Below are positions 1 through 13,330 of a DNA stretch of 64,000 nucleotides, in pieces; the stretch's first letter is position 1; each line of letters begins with the position of its first letter. The stretch spans positions 96,377,365-96,441,364 of the forward strand of contig NC_068981.1 in the NCBI RefSeq assembly GCF_001194135.2, given 5' to 3'. The DNA comes from Octopus bimaculoides (Eukaryota). Position numbers and translations under genes: made by a program. Under the pieces are notes generated by a model. The model worked only from the letters and a program-made list of their open reading frames with translations, did not search any database and was not told the DNA's origin.

Positions 1-169
1 GCTTTTAGAGCCAGAAAAGGTTAAAAAAAAAATTTAATGAAAAACAATATTAATATTAAACTAAAAAAAAAGTTTATTGATAAAGTGGCTGTTAAAAAAT
101 GAAAAACACGATATATACACAATTTCATTTTTCCTCTTCTTCTCCATTTTGCTGATAAGATTCATTTTG

Positions 170-363
170 CCCTTCATGAAAATTAACATACTAAAACTTT
201 CATCAGACAAGGACAATCTCTTGACATTCAAGATGTCCTTGCCCATGGAAAATAAATGTTCAATTGCAGCACTGGAAGGGATGGCTGTGTTGAACTTGAT
301 GAACAAGTCCACCAACACCTGCTCACTCAAGAAGGCATTCCTCATCATCCAGGTGGGTTGCAA
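170..363 (-). mobile_element. hAT transposase C-terminal dimerisation-domain remnant
   Basis: ORF 61..363 contains LFIKFNTAIPSSAAIEHLFSMGKDILNVKRLSLSDESF, matching the hAT dimerisation pattern (P-x-SSAxxERLFS...RxxLSD). Confidence 0.75.
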
Positions 364-589
364 ATCTTTTGTTAATGCCTACCAAAACTGCACCGATCCA
401 TGGGCTGCAGTAGACAAGTTTTGGGTTTAATAGACTTGAGTTAACAGAAGCTAAATGTAACGGAAGTTAATTAGTCCAATAATGATTTTCAAAGTTAACT
501 TAAAAGTTAAATCCTTAACAAAAATGTTAACTTTGCTAATTAACAATTAATAGATTAACAGATTTACATCCAGCTTTACATATATATAT

Positions 590-644
<55 letters not shown>

Positions 645-984
645 NNNNNNNNNNNNNNNNNNNNNNNNNNNNNNNNNNNNNNNNNNNNNNNNNNNNNNNN
701 NNNNNNNNNNNNNNNNNNNNNNNNNNNNNNNNNNNNNNNNNNNNNNNNNNNNNNNNNNNNNNNNNNNNNNNNNNNNNNNNNNNNNNNNNNNNNNNNNNNN
801 NNNNNNNNNNNNNNNNNNNNNNNNNNNNNNNNNNNNNNNNNNNNNNNNNNNNNNNNNNNNNNNNNNNNNNNNNNNNNNNNNNNNNNNNNNNNNNNNNNNN
901 NNNNNNNNNNNNNNNNNNNNNNNNNNNNNNNNNNNNNNNNNNNNNNNNNNNNNNNNNNNNNNNNNNNNNNNNNNNNNNNNNNNN

Positions 985-1033
<49 letters not shown>

Positions 1034-1134
1034 TACATTATATTATATTAGAGGGAAAAGGACAACAAAAACCAAAGCAGGACAAGTATCTCAAGTCATT
1101 CAGAATAATTTAATTAGGGTAAGGTGAATTTGAA

Positions 1135-1210
1135 GTCTTACAGCTGTTTCTGGGATATCCCAAGTGAATAGCTAGCATGTCTGTACACTGGGTATTGCAT
1201 CATCAGAGAC
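1135..1210 (-). ncRNA. Minimal type-I hammerhead ribozyme motif (Penelope-type), apparently intact
   Basis: Minus strand reads GUCU-CUGAUGA-UG[long hairpin]CA-GAAA-C-AGCU-G-UA-AGAC. Stem I is GUCU/AGAC, all core nucleotides are present, stem III is the palindrome ACAGCUGU, and the cleavage triplet is GUA. Confidence 0.8.
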
Positions 1211-2233
1211 AAGATGAGCATGTACAAAAGTTCTAGACAGGGAAATTCACAGTTTATAAGGAATAAAATAGAGAATAAAGAGTAAAAGTAGATAGAACAC
1301 AGACAGAAGAATAAAGTTCAGTTCATCTTTTTCCAACTACGAATAATAGACAATTAGAAAACTAGAAACAAAATGTTTCTAGCTTTTATTAAACACTTGA
1401 TGTTACTTTTCTGCATGTTTTGACTTCATTGTTTAATATAGCTTTACCACTTTACTCGATTCACTTGAAGTGAAAGCAGCCATTTTTTTAATTTATAGAT
1501 GCATCAACAGTTCCCTGTTTCCATGTCAGTTCTTTTTATTCTTTTCTTTTCTTTATAAAATTCATGATGACAGCCATGAGATATATTAAGATTTGTAACA
1601 ACTTTAGTACTTCATTCAAAATTTGAGACTTGAAAATGGCAATCTCCTTTTTGAATATCTGAAAAGGCTTAAAGGCTTCATTGCCCCTTTTGAAAGTAAA
1701 GAAATAAACAGGGGTGGCCATCAGTATATCTTCTTCAACTTTTCAAGTTTTAAAACAAAATAGTTGCATATAGAGTGTATGTACAGTAGAGTAGAATTAA
1801 AATAAAATACAGCCAGAGTATACAATTCACTAGTATATGTACAGTGCAGTGAAACCAAATCATTGCACAGATTATATAATTCACCAGAGCCTGTAGAAGA
1901 ATCACAATGGAATTACAGTGCTAAGTTCAAATTAACCCTATAGGAATAGCTCTCTCAATTGACCAATATCCTATTCAGAGGTATAATTGCCTCATCTGCT
2001 TAAAAAAATATAATAATCAAAGATAAGATTCCTTGGAGCTTTATGATTCAAGGAAAAAAAAAAAAAAAAAAAAACATTAGGATTAAATTCAATAGACTAA
2101 GTGTACACTATTCTTTTAAAATATTAACTTTATGCTATTTCATCAAAAAAAAAAAAAATCAGTTTTGCCTACAGTAGCTGGATATCATCATAATCATTAG
2201 CATCATTAGGTTGTTTCATTAAAGTAGAAAATC

Positions 2234-3062
2234 CAATGAATAACAAATGACAAATCACACCCTAACTTCTTAAATAAAGACAGGATATAAAGGACAATGT
2301 ACTTTCTAATATACCCAAATATGGGATTGTCACAGCTGGATCACTTCTGATGTAAAAATGCTGCAATCAGGATAGATTTCACTTGGAGAATTTTACTTTT
2401 TCACTCTATCTGCTTGTTTGTGTTGTTTATTATGTGCGTGTGAGTATGTGTTCATTTTTTTTTTTTTTGTATTAATGCCTTAGTATTAGTGTGTCTTTGT
2501 GTAGCTTTGTCTGTTCATGAATATGTGTGTGTGCGTGTGGGTGTGTGTTCCATGTGTCGCTTTGTGTAAGTATATATATGTGTTTATGTTTCAATATATG
2601 AGTTGAGTTACTCTCTTCATGAACTAATCAGGTTCATGAGATTAGTACTTAACGCTAGTTTCTAAGTACTTAATAGAGAAAAAACAAAATTCCACTGGAG
2701 AAAAATAATAACTTACTCTTTTACTTGTTTCAGTCATTTGACTGTGGCCATGCTGGAGCACTGCCTTTAGTCAAGCAAATCGACCCCAGAACCTATTCTT
2801 TGGAAACCTAGTACTTATTCTATCGGTCTCTTTTTGCTGAACTGCTAAGTTATGGGAACATAAACACACCAGCATCGGTTGTCAAGCAATGTTGGGGGGA
2901 CAAACACAGACACACAAACATATACACACACATACATATACATCATCATCATCATCATCATCATCGTTTAACGTCCGCTTTCCATGCTAGCATGGGTTGG
3001 ACGATTTGACCGAGGACTGGTGAAACCGGATGGCAACACCAGGCTCCAGTCTGATTTGGCAG

Positions 3063-3135
<73 letters not shown>

Positions 3136-3982
3136 TACGACGGGCTTCTTTCAGTTTCCGTCTACCAAATCCACTCACAAGGCTTTGGTCGGCCCGAGGT
3201 TATAGTAGAAGACACTTGCCCAAGGTGCCATGCAGTGGGACTGAACCCAGAACCATGTGGTTGGTAAGCAAGCTACTTACCACACAGCCACTCCCACACC
3301 TTAATTTTTTCAGAATAAATCCTATTTACTTGGTAAACCAAGATAACTTTTCATTTTTACAAATGAAAATGAGTAACCAATGAGCTAGTTACTTCTGTAA
3401 CTTTTCTATATACATATATTCATGTGAGTAAATATATGCTTTTCCATACACTATTATGAGTGTATGAGCATATAGTAGGGCATATGAGTTTCTAATATGC
3501 CCAAATATGGGATGCATGCATATATGTTTGCACAAATGTGAGCATTCCAAAAGTTTCCATATTTACAAGGCTGCTACTTCATTTTAATTTCCGTAGCATT
3601 AAATCGATTGGATAGATGTTGAAAAGGGCACAATAAACCAACAAGACACACATCAAATGTACAGTGCTATCACTTCCACAGCAGTCAGCTATTTATAACA
3701 ATGAATAACAAATGACAAATTACACCTTAACTTCTTAAATAAAGACAGGATACAAAGGACAATGTACTTTCTAATATACCCAAATATGGGATTGTCACAC
3801 CTGGATCACTTCTGATGTAAAAATGTGGCAATCAGGATAGATTTTACTTCAAGAATTTTACTTATTCGCTCTATCTGCTTGTTTATGTTGTTTATTATGT
3901 ACGTGTGGGGATGTGTGCACTGTATATATGTATTAATGCCTTAGTATAAGTGTGTCTCTGTGTAGCTTTGTCTGTTCATGAA

Positions 3983-4015
<33 letters not shown>

Positions 4016-4590
4016 TTTCTATGTGTCTCTTTCGTAAGTGTATATATGTGTTTATGTTTCAATATATGAGTTGAGTTACTCTCTTCATGAACTAATCAAG
4101 TTCATGAGATTAGTACTTAATGCTAGTTTCTAAGTACTTAATAGAGAAAAAACAAAATTCCACTGGAGAAAAATAATAACCTCTTAATTTTTTTCAGAAT
4201 AAATCCTGCTATTTACTTGATAAACCAAGATAATGACATACTTTTTATTTTTACAAATGAAAATGAGTACCCAATGATCTAGTTGCCCAGTAACTTTTTT
4301 ATATACATATATTCATGTGAGTAAATATATGCTTTTCCATACACTATTATGAGTGTATGAGCATATAGTAGGGCATATGAGTTTCTAATATGCCCAAATA
4401 TGGGATGCATGCATATATGTTTGCACAAATGTGAGCATTTGAGTAACCCTTTCAAGAGTTTCCATATTTACAAGGCTGCTACTTCATTTTAATTTCTGTA
4501 GCATTAAATCGATTGGATAGATGTTGAAAAGGGCACAATAAACCAACAAGACATTCATCAAATGTACAGTGCTACCACTTCTACAGCAGT
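2234..4590 (+). repeat. Local tandem duplication of a ~0.89-kb unit; copy 1 carries a SINE insertion
   Basis: 2234-2712 matches 3699-4180, and 3301-3685 matches 4184-4590. 2713-3300 is absent from the second copy. Confidence 0.9.
2713..3300 (-). mobile_element. tRNA-derived SINE (octopus-type family A), full length, with a nested RTE 3' tail at 2941-3062
   Basis: Minus-strand head ggagtggctgtgtggt...gggttcagtccc has A/B-box-like motifs. There is a central (TA/CA)n, and the same body recurs at 15689, 21912, 27290 and 28440. The nested piece ends in a (GAT)n tail shared with the RTE copies. Confidence 0.85.
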
Positions 4591-5518
4591 AAATTTTTGA
4601 AGAAAAAAAATTCTACCCATTTACAGTTCTAAGGGTTTGACCATTCTTTTAAGAAGACCTATGACCTATGCAAACTATCCTAGTCTGGTGAGATTGATGC
4701 CGTTGATGTTCAGGTTGAACATCTGTAAGTTAGTGTCTGTAGAAAAAACACTTAGACAGAGAAAGAATTCCAGATAGTTGCAGTTGTAGACCACCAACCT
4801 TTCAATTTGTTTGCAGCCCTATCAAATCAATATGTAAGCAAGTAGATTATTAACCATACCCTGATTTCATGCAGGTATTAGAATGCTTCTTCCAACAACT
4901 TTAGTTTTACACAACATAGAAATTGTATTGTGAGTAGGGGTTGAGTAACTGGTCATTTGATTTGTGACATTAACAAGATTTTTGTACTCAGTTGTCTGCT
5001 GATTTTCTAAAATTTATGAGTATTCTTTAAGTCAAGTTGGTTTGTATCCTAGCCCATTCAAGTAGGGAGTTGTTGACTGAGATGGACCTGAGTATAAAGC
5101 GGTTTACTTGGTATCACTTGAAGAAATTTGTCCAGATATCATTTGAAGGTTATGGGATATTTTTTCTTTGATTTGTTTGGGATAACATTAAACAGTGGAG
5201 GATGTTGGCAAGAAGTAATTGTGTTACAGTGAGGTTATGTGTTGTAAGCCTGATTTGCATAGCAGACGCATAGGGGACACATGGCACGGGGTCCCAAACA
5301 GCCTTGGATGAATTATAAAGTTTACTTATTGTTCTATTATGATAATTATTCAGTTTCAGATAACCATAAATTTATTCCTGAAGTTGATCATCATGAAAGC
5401 ATGTGTTCACATACACACACACACACACGTTATACATATATACACACACACACATATATATACAAACACACACATATATATATACATACACATATGTATA
5501 TAAGCATATATGTGTATG

Positions 5519-5551
<33 letters not shown>

Positions 5552-6015
5552 GTATATATAATACATACATGTGTGTGTGTGTACAACTCACACACATTTT
5601 CATATAAGCTCTTATGTACAAAATCATTATCTATATGTGCCAATTGTATATGTTTATGTATGTTGCTGTTAATGATGCACTTCACCTGTCAGTCTGCTAT
5701 TAAATTGCTTGTACTTTGACTTGGCTATTTGATATATTTTATAAAGATAAAACATTATCAGCTGGTATTAACAGACACCAGATTTTATTTTGTAGAAATG
5801 ATTAAATTTTGGACTCAAAAGATTCTTATCAAAGATCAACTATAGTTGATAATTATGAAGTATAGTTTTCAACAACTTGTAGAAGATAGGAAGCAAAGTC
5901 CCTTTGACATGAATAGATACATTTATAGATATATTCAGTTAGGACCTGAAACAAATGATAGAATACTTATTACTGCTTTCATTTCATTTCGTCAAAATGT
6001 TCTATTATATAGGCA

Positions 6016-6150
6016 ATGCAGGCATGGGCGTGTGGTAGGAAGTTTGCTCCTAACTACATGGTTCTGGGCTCTATATCAGTGTGGCACCTTGGGCAAGTGT
6101 CACCTACTATAGCTCTGGTATTTGGTAAATGGAAAATGAGATAAGCCCAT
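6016..6150 (+). mobile_element. Degenerate SINE family A 5' half
   Basis: gcaggcatgggcgtgtggtaggaagtttgc...ggcaccttgggcaagtgtc matches the family A head. Confidence 0.65.
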
Positions 6151-6369
6151 CATGTGTGTGTGTGTGAACCACTTTACAGAGTGTAGTAAGTGCTTTTATG
6201 CAGCACCAGCATGGATGCATTTACATGGCACCAGTACAAGTGCTTTTTACATGGCACCACTGCCCATCAGCTCAGAAGATTAAAAATGCTGAGCAGGAGA
6301 GGGATGCAGGGGAGATCATGCATGCATGTATATATGTCTCTTCTGTATTTAATCATTTAAATTCTTCCT

Positions 6370-6900
6370 CTGAAGAAAGAGCTGGTTTCTAACAAAAATG
6401 CAAATCTCCACCTTTGGAATGTAAATAATGAAGACATCGCATTTAAACCTGAGAAAAGTCTTGCATAGTCTTACTGTTCCATTTATAGATTGTATTTGTA
6501 ATGTGCGAATCAGTTGGTTTATTTCTTTTTCTGAAAATCCAAGCGTATCCAAACTGACAGTTAGGCATTTACTTACAAGACCAAGTGCTCCAATTGTTAT
6601 TGGTAGAAATGTAAATTTGTAATCCGGATATAGAACCTGGAGATTTCAAAGCAGTTGTCCATAGTTATCTTCTTTCTCTTTAATTTTCAAAGAGATATTC
6701 ACATCAGCAGAAAGACTGAATTCCTACTTAATTTCCTCCTGTATAGCAATAAAAAAAATACTTCTTGGATGGTACCAGGATTTCATGCTCTCCCTGATTT
6801 TTACTTTGTTCTTCATGCTCTCAGGTACTACTCCACTCCTTTGGGTGGGGGAATTTTTCAGCAATTGTTCAATAGAATCTTTAACAAAAGGTAGCCCTTT
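6370..6900 (-). mobile_element. R4/Dong-like non-LTR retrotransposon 3' remnant (restriction-like endonuclease C-terminus)
   Basis: Minus frame reads SADVNISLKIKEKEDNYGQLL*NLQVLYPDYKFTFLPITIGALGLVSKCL...QIQSINGTVRLCKTFLRF. It has the same C-terminal pattern (KExxY..L...PxxxGALG) as the copies at 29-33 kb. Confidence 0.6.
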
Positions 6901-8064
6901 AAAAGTTTCAAAGCTTCTAGTTCTAAACTCACATGTTATTAATCATTCTAGAGCTATAATGAATAGAAAAGAGTTGAGAACAGCTTTTTACTCTAATTTC
7001 TTCTCTCGTTTTATTACTAATCGTTTCTTTGCTTTAGCAGTTCTCACAAACCATTCATCTACTGTTAGCTTTCATAACACCCACCAGACTACAAATGTGA
7101 TTATGTAACAAGAGATTTTCCTGATCATCAAAAAAAAATAGAATTGTTTATTTTTAGTTATGAAGTCTCACAAGCAAAACATCTTTGGTAGAAATACAAA
7201 ATACATTTAATCCAACCTAATTATTTCTCTTAATAACTTTGTTAAGACTCTCAAGTGTTTTGATCTATTAACTTGATACCTTTTCACTTTTTACTAAATC
7301 CCCTATACACTTGAAATACCAACAATGATATTGTTATGGCAGTCACTAGGGATAACACCTTTTTGTACTACCAGATTAACTAGGAGCCAAAGACAGAAGA
7401 CTCCCAGTTGTTGTTTAACCCACAATTCATAGCCACCAAATCTCTCTAAAATGACACCCTATCATCTTAAACAAAGCTTGATAAATTGGAAAATATAATC
7501 TTAGATATACTATCTGAAGAAAATGAGAGGATGATCATAGATGGAATGTCTTTTATCATAGGCCAACTCAATCAGGGTAGGCTTGAGGATTGAACAACAA
7601 CAACTTGATTAAATAAGCTCAGTACTTTAAACAAATAAGCAGCTAATCTTAACAGGTCAGCAACTTTCTCTGTCTTCATTTTTTTAATAGCATAAGTGGC
7701 TGTACATAAAATAAACTATACAGCTGGGCGTTTAGTTGGTGCCACTTAAGGTCAGTTTTCACTAATCCACTCATGTTTTTTGTGCCCAACCTCTCATTGC
7801 AGCAATTCCATGTTCTAATGTCATTTCAGACATCATGTCATCCAGCTTAATATAAACGCACAAGCTTGTAATTCAGAATGCTTCAAATCTTTTATTTTCT
7901 CAATACAGAAATTAGTGAACATCCTCAGTTTTTTTTTTCTTTCCTTACTAAACAAAACTACACAAGTGTTGCCTCAAGTACATCAACAGTTTTAACATAA
8001 AATAAGTGTATATTTGATATATGCATTCGGCATTTGTAGACACAAGTACATGTGAATATGCATG

Positions 8065-8103
<39 letters not shown>

Positions 8104-8449
8104 TATATCTTAGTACTAACATTTTCTCTCCTTCTAGGCCTGGTGTAATAGTTTTATCACTATACTATAGATTTTGTTGCACTGACAGAAATGATTAGAG
8201 GTTTTCTGCTTGTTCTTTCTGCCTTATTGATTTCTTTCCACAGAGTCTACAACTAATTGTTGTGTTGTTGTGGTAGAAAAATATAGTTAGTTGAATCAAT
8301 CTCTAAGTATTAGACTTGGCAGTTTTAGCATTGTGCAATAAATGAGAGTCAAAGACTCCAACACATATAATCAGTAACAAACCTCATCATGTTACTTCTG
8401 TATTCAGAAGATTTTGGGGTTACTTTTTGTTAAGTGTTCAGATCCCACA

Positions 8450-8750
8450 TTAATGAAATGGCAGAAACTCTGGTTCTTTCAATTATTGGACAGCTAGTTG
8501 AATGCAGAGGAAGTGTTTCTCACCCATTAGGCATGTTCTTTGTCCATGTTTCTAACATTGTTCATGGAGTTTTCTAGTTAGATAGGTAGATAATATATTC
8601 TTCATCACATCTGTTGCTTTCTCATCAGTGCAGACATGATGGTACAGGATATGTACCAACCATAATTTTCTGAATGTGTCAAAGACTGTATTACTTGCTT
8701 TTTGTTAATGCTGCTGCCAGTTATTGATGGAGTATTTATGTAATCGTTTA
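8450..8750 (+). mobile_element. Highly decayed LINE reverse-transcriptase fragment
   Basis: Frameshifted echoes of RT motifs: *ACSLSMFLTLFME (cf. QGCPLSPLLFNIVME), SADMMV (cf. YADD), LNVSKT. Confidence 0.3.
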
Positions 8751-11340
8751 ACATGCTATAATTAGCACTTAAATCTCTTTCAAAGTTTACCCTACTGGCT
8801 TAAAATTAGAATTCTGAGTTGGGTGATCCTTAGTATATGCTTGAAAGGAAGACAAAGTGATTAATGAAATACATCTTTTGAATAAAATCAGAAAACAATA
8901 TCAGTAACCTGTGTAAAAGTGAATGTTCCTTTAAGTACATGTGAGTAGCATTTGTCTGACTAAGTTTATCTTCCCCATTTCAACTGTATTTCTTCATAAT
9001 CTTTAAGCATACTGAGAAGTCAGTAGGAATGCATCTACATGATTACCCAGCCTACTGGGAAAAAAATGACCAAATTTCTCTCAAATAACATCTTGAGGAG
9101 GACACTTTGGATTGTGTAGTTCCAGATTTTCTTAAGAAAGACAAGATGTTCAAAGCAGGATTCTTTTGATCATTACTCTTTAGCCCTCTGAGGCTAAACA
9201 ATAACAAGCATACAGAAATAGATTTGGATAATGGAGAGAATACAACAAATTCAGACTGTCTACCCAAATATGCAGTATGATTGTCAGACAAAGACATGAT
9301 ATATTTGGAGCAAGAAGAAGTCTCTGGGTTGCTCCTAGTCACTTGTTTGATTACCTCCATACCATGAGTCTGTTCATTCAGAACTGGTCTACAGTTACTC
9401 AATAACAATAACAACAGCAATCTTGCTATTGCTTGAAGTTACTTACTTAAGCCCTTCACTCCTTGTGGAGAGCATAGGCCATTGGCAAATTTTCTCTGCT
9501 GTTCTCAACTCTGAGCTATCCTTGGGAGAAGGCTTTCCTCTTCCAGGTCTTGTTGATTATGGACTGTTATTGAAGCATCTGTCTTTGTTGGTTTTTTTTC
9601 TTCTAGATAGGGAGGGGTGTTGGCCCTATGCAAACCCATTTTTATCTTTGGGAATAGGTGGTTCATATAAGTTTGGTCTCTATCCTTTGATCTGTCCAGC
9701 ATGGGAGGCCCTATCAGTAGCTTGCACTCTGCTGGAATAACTCTTAAGGTCCTTGGGACACACAAGCCACCTCACCACTACAAGGACTGGACTTTGTGGT
9801 AGGCTGCTTGAAATAGAAGAATGGAAAAAATTGGTGAATGCTAAGTTACATTCATTGCTTACTTTAGGTCCTTCTGTGGATATATCTTGAAAGAGATTGT
9901 CTCAACTAAGAGAGGTGGAAAGGAGGGAAGATAATAAAGTATTGGTGATCCCAAAACGAAAGTGCACGTGCATGTGTGTGTATGTGAGAATGTGTAAGCG
10001 TGTGTATGTGGATAGGGGCTAGTGACTTTGACATGTGGATGTGTGTGTGCATCTGTAATGTGTGGGTGTGTGGATGATGGTGTGTGGGTGTGTGGATGAT
10101 GGTGTGTGAGTGTGCAGATGATGGTGTATGGGTGTACAGATGGTGGTATGTAGTATGGGTGCTGAGAAGTGGTCAGTGCTTGTATGTACATCTATATCAG
10201 TATTAAGAGCAAACCTACAATAACTAAATTATATACTAAATAGTGACCAATCTTTAAGTCCATACAAATAATAATCCCACCAGTCTTCCATAGTTACTAC
10301 TATAATAAAATAAAGTGAAAGCTTTATTTCAATTCTCTCCAAAGCAAAACACAATTGAATTTAATTTAACGAATAATATAATAATTATGAGTGAAATACA
10401 TTATTTCATAATTCAAAAGTTAATAATAAAAACACTACATACTCTTAATATATATTACCCTTACAAGATATAATGTAAACTTACCAGTAACTAATAGAAG
10501 CATTAAATTTATTTTAGAAAATTNNNNNNNNNNNNNNNNNNNNNNNNNNNNNNNNNNNNNNNNNNNNNNNNNNNNNNNNNNNNNNNNNNNNNNNNNNNNN
10601 NNNNNNNNNNNNNNNNNNNNNNNNNNNNNNNNNNNNNNNNNNNNNNNNNNNNNNNNNNNNNNNNNNNNNNNNNNNNNNNNNNNNNNNNNNNNNNNNNNNN
10701 NNNNNNNNNNNNNNNNNNNNNNNNNNNNNNNNNNNNNNNNNNNNNNNNNNNNNNNNNNNNNNNNNNNNNNNNNNNNNNNNNNNNNNNNNNNNNNNNNNNN
10801 NNNNNNNNNNNNNNNNNNNNNNNNNNNNNNNNNNNNNNNNNNNNNNNNNNNNNNNNNNNNNNNNNNNNNNNNNNNNNNNNNNNNNNNNNNNNNNNNNNNN
10901 NNNNNNNNNNNNNNNNNNNNNNNNNNNNNNNNNNNNNNNNNNNNNNNNNNNNNNNNNNNNNNNNNNNNNNNNNNNNNNNNNNNNNNNNNNNNNNNNNNNN
11001 NNNNNNNNNNNNNNNNNNNNNNNNNNNNNNNNNNNNNNNNNNNNNNNNNNNNNNNNNNNNNNNNNNNNNNNNNNNNNNNNNNNNNNNNNNNNNNNNNNNN
11101 NNNNNNNNNNNNNNNNNNNNNNNNNNNNNNNNNNNNNNNNNNNNNNNNNNNNNNNNNNNNNNNNNNNNNNNNNNNNNNNNNNNNNNNNNNNNNNNNNNNN
11201 NNNNNNNNNNNNNNNNNNNNNNNNNNNNNNNNNNNNNNNNNNNNNNNNNNNNNNNNNNNNNNNNNNNNNNNNNNNNNNNNNNNNNNNNNNNNNNNNNNNN
11301 NNNNNNNNNNNNNNNNNNNNNNNNNNNNNNNNNNNNATAT

Positions 11341-11375
<35 letters not shown>

Positions 11376-12119
11376 AATGTAGGAACTTACTGTGGACAAG
11401 GCTGCATGGCATTACTGATAGGTTTACTCATTTGGTCTATTGATCAATAGAGGAAAATTAGATGACCTAAGAAAATTAATGCTACTTTCATCAGAGCCAT
11501 TTATGGTTATATATATATTTGCATGATGCAAGTGGAGTCATCTAACTGAGAGACAAGACACATGTCAGCAACTCATGTATGACAGGCAGGATGACACACG
11601 AGTTGTCGACAAATATGTCAGCATTTTTTTATATTAACAATAGACATCCCCCCCCCCGACAGAAGGGCAGACAGACAAATGGTACAACGCATAGATAGAT
11701 AACATTTCTGTCATAAGTAGGTGTAATGAGAATTTATCTAGATTTCATGGACTCCTTATTTACTTAAGAATTCCAAGTTTAAATCGATCTCTCTGTCATG
11801 TCAATCAACAGTTACCGGCAATGTGTCATATATTTACATATATAAAACTAAGGATGCCTGTGTGTGTAATATGTATACATTTCTAGAGTTTTCAACTGAT
11901 TTTCTCCAAACTTTACATACACATTACTTATGAACCAAGAATAGTCATGCACTATATTTTTTTGCCCAGAATTCTCACATAAAGTGAGAAATCGGGAAAA
12001 AGTGTTTTACACAGGTTTTGCTATAAAGACTGCAGTTTCCAACTGATTTTCTCCCTTTTCTCATTCTCTTGCTTACATATATTCTCTCTCACCCTCTGTA
12101 ATAGTTCCTCTCTTTCAAT

Positions 12120-12259
12120 TTGTCTTCTTTCCTTCCTTCTTTCTTCCTCTCTCTTTCGTTCTTTCTTTCTCCCTCTTTCTTTCTTTCCTTTCTTCCTTCC
12201 TTCCTGCCTTCTTTTTTATTTCCTTCCTTCAATACTTCTTTCTTTTTTCTCCCTCCCCC

Positions 12260-12294
<35 letters not shown>

Positions 12295-12380
12295 CCTCCT
12301 TCTTTCTTTCTTTTTTTCGTTCTTTCCCTCTTTCACTGTTTTTTTTCTTTCTCCCTCCCTCCCTCTTTCTTTCTTTCTGT
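12120..12380. repeat. Polypyrimidine (TTTC/CCTT)n microsatellite
   Basis: Directly visible low-complexity tract. Confidence 0.95.
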
Positions 12381-12870
12381 TAGACTAAAGGCGGTGCTCC
12401 AGCATGGCCAAAACCAAATGACTGAAACAAGTAAAAGAATAAAAAAAAACTATGCTATTTTAATCCCAAGCAACATCATGCATCTCTGCTAGTTATTGAA
12501 TAAGTAAATGACTAAATGGTGTTTTTAAATTTTGAACCAAAGAAACGTAGATTATAAAATACAGTATGACTATAAATACTAACGAGAAATTGGCAGAGTT
12601 TTCAAGTGTTTTTTTTTCCTATTCTGACTGATACATAACTTAAATGTTTCACAAAATTATAACTGATTCTTTTTTTATTATCTAATTTAGTTAAAAAGAT
12701 CAGAAAATAAGTTATGAAGAATTTGACTGAAGGGAAACAACTCTTACATATTGTAATGCATATAGACAGACATACCTCAACTTACCAGTTTTGTGTTACA
12801 TCTCTTTTGACCATGTCCTTTTTCGTTTTGTTTTGTTGTTTTCCTTTTTAAGAAACTAATGGAAAAAGAA

Positions 12871-13330
12871 CTAGTAAACCTCGACTTCAGTCGATTTATC
12901 CAACTTTATGTCGGCCTCAGCGAATATAACTAAAAGCATAAAAAACATATTTTTAAACCACCTAAAAACTAATACTGGATTTGAAAATCATGCGAAATAT
13001 ATGTACAAACCATATATTAAAACCGATATGAGCTAATAAATTTCCTTAATGTTATTCGTGTTACGTACACTTTCGAGTTAAATCGTCTGTCTTGATCCCA
13101 AAAAGCAACGTAAATCGAGGCATGCTTGGGTGTGTAAACGCAAAGACACACACACTCACATACAAATGTGTGTATGTGTAAATTATTTCTGTTCTTTCGA
13201 ATCAGTTTTTCTATATCAATTTTTTGCACAGCCCCGCCCCCAAAGTGCGATACAATTAACTCTACTACGTGATAAGTAGTTACTCTGACAACTTAGTAGG
13301 AGGGGAGATAAAGAGCTAAGTTAACAAAAA
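12871..13330 (-). mobile_element. Non-autonomous Helitron-like element, 3' terminus
   Basis: Minus strand ends tcgac-tgaa-gtcga hairpin, 6 nt, then CTAG followed by T (plus 12871-12894). The 5' boundary was not identified. Confidence 0.5.

Noticed and set aside
4600-5330. Possible decayed LINE or Penelope coding remnant
   Set aside because: Only ambiguous short echoes (FNLNINGINLTR; DRAANKLKGW) in different frames, so no class could be assigned.
5375-5410. cctgaagttgatcatcatgaaagcatgtg as a hammerhead
   Set aside because: The core has A9 replaced, stem II has no viable loop and there is no stem I pairing.
9052-9420. 122-aa minus-strand ORF as a host exon
   Set aside because: No recognisable motif; the start lies in a simple repeat and the region is surrounded by decayed LINE-like sequence.
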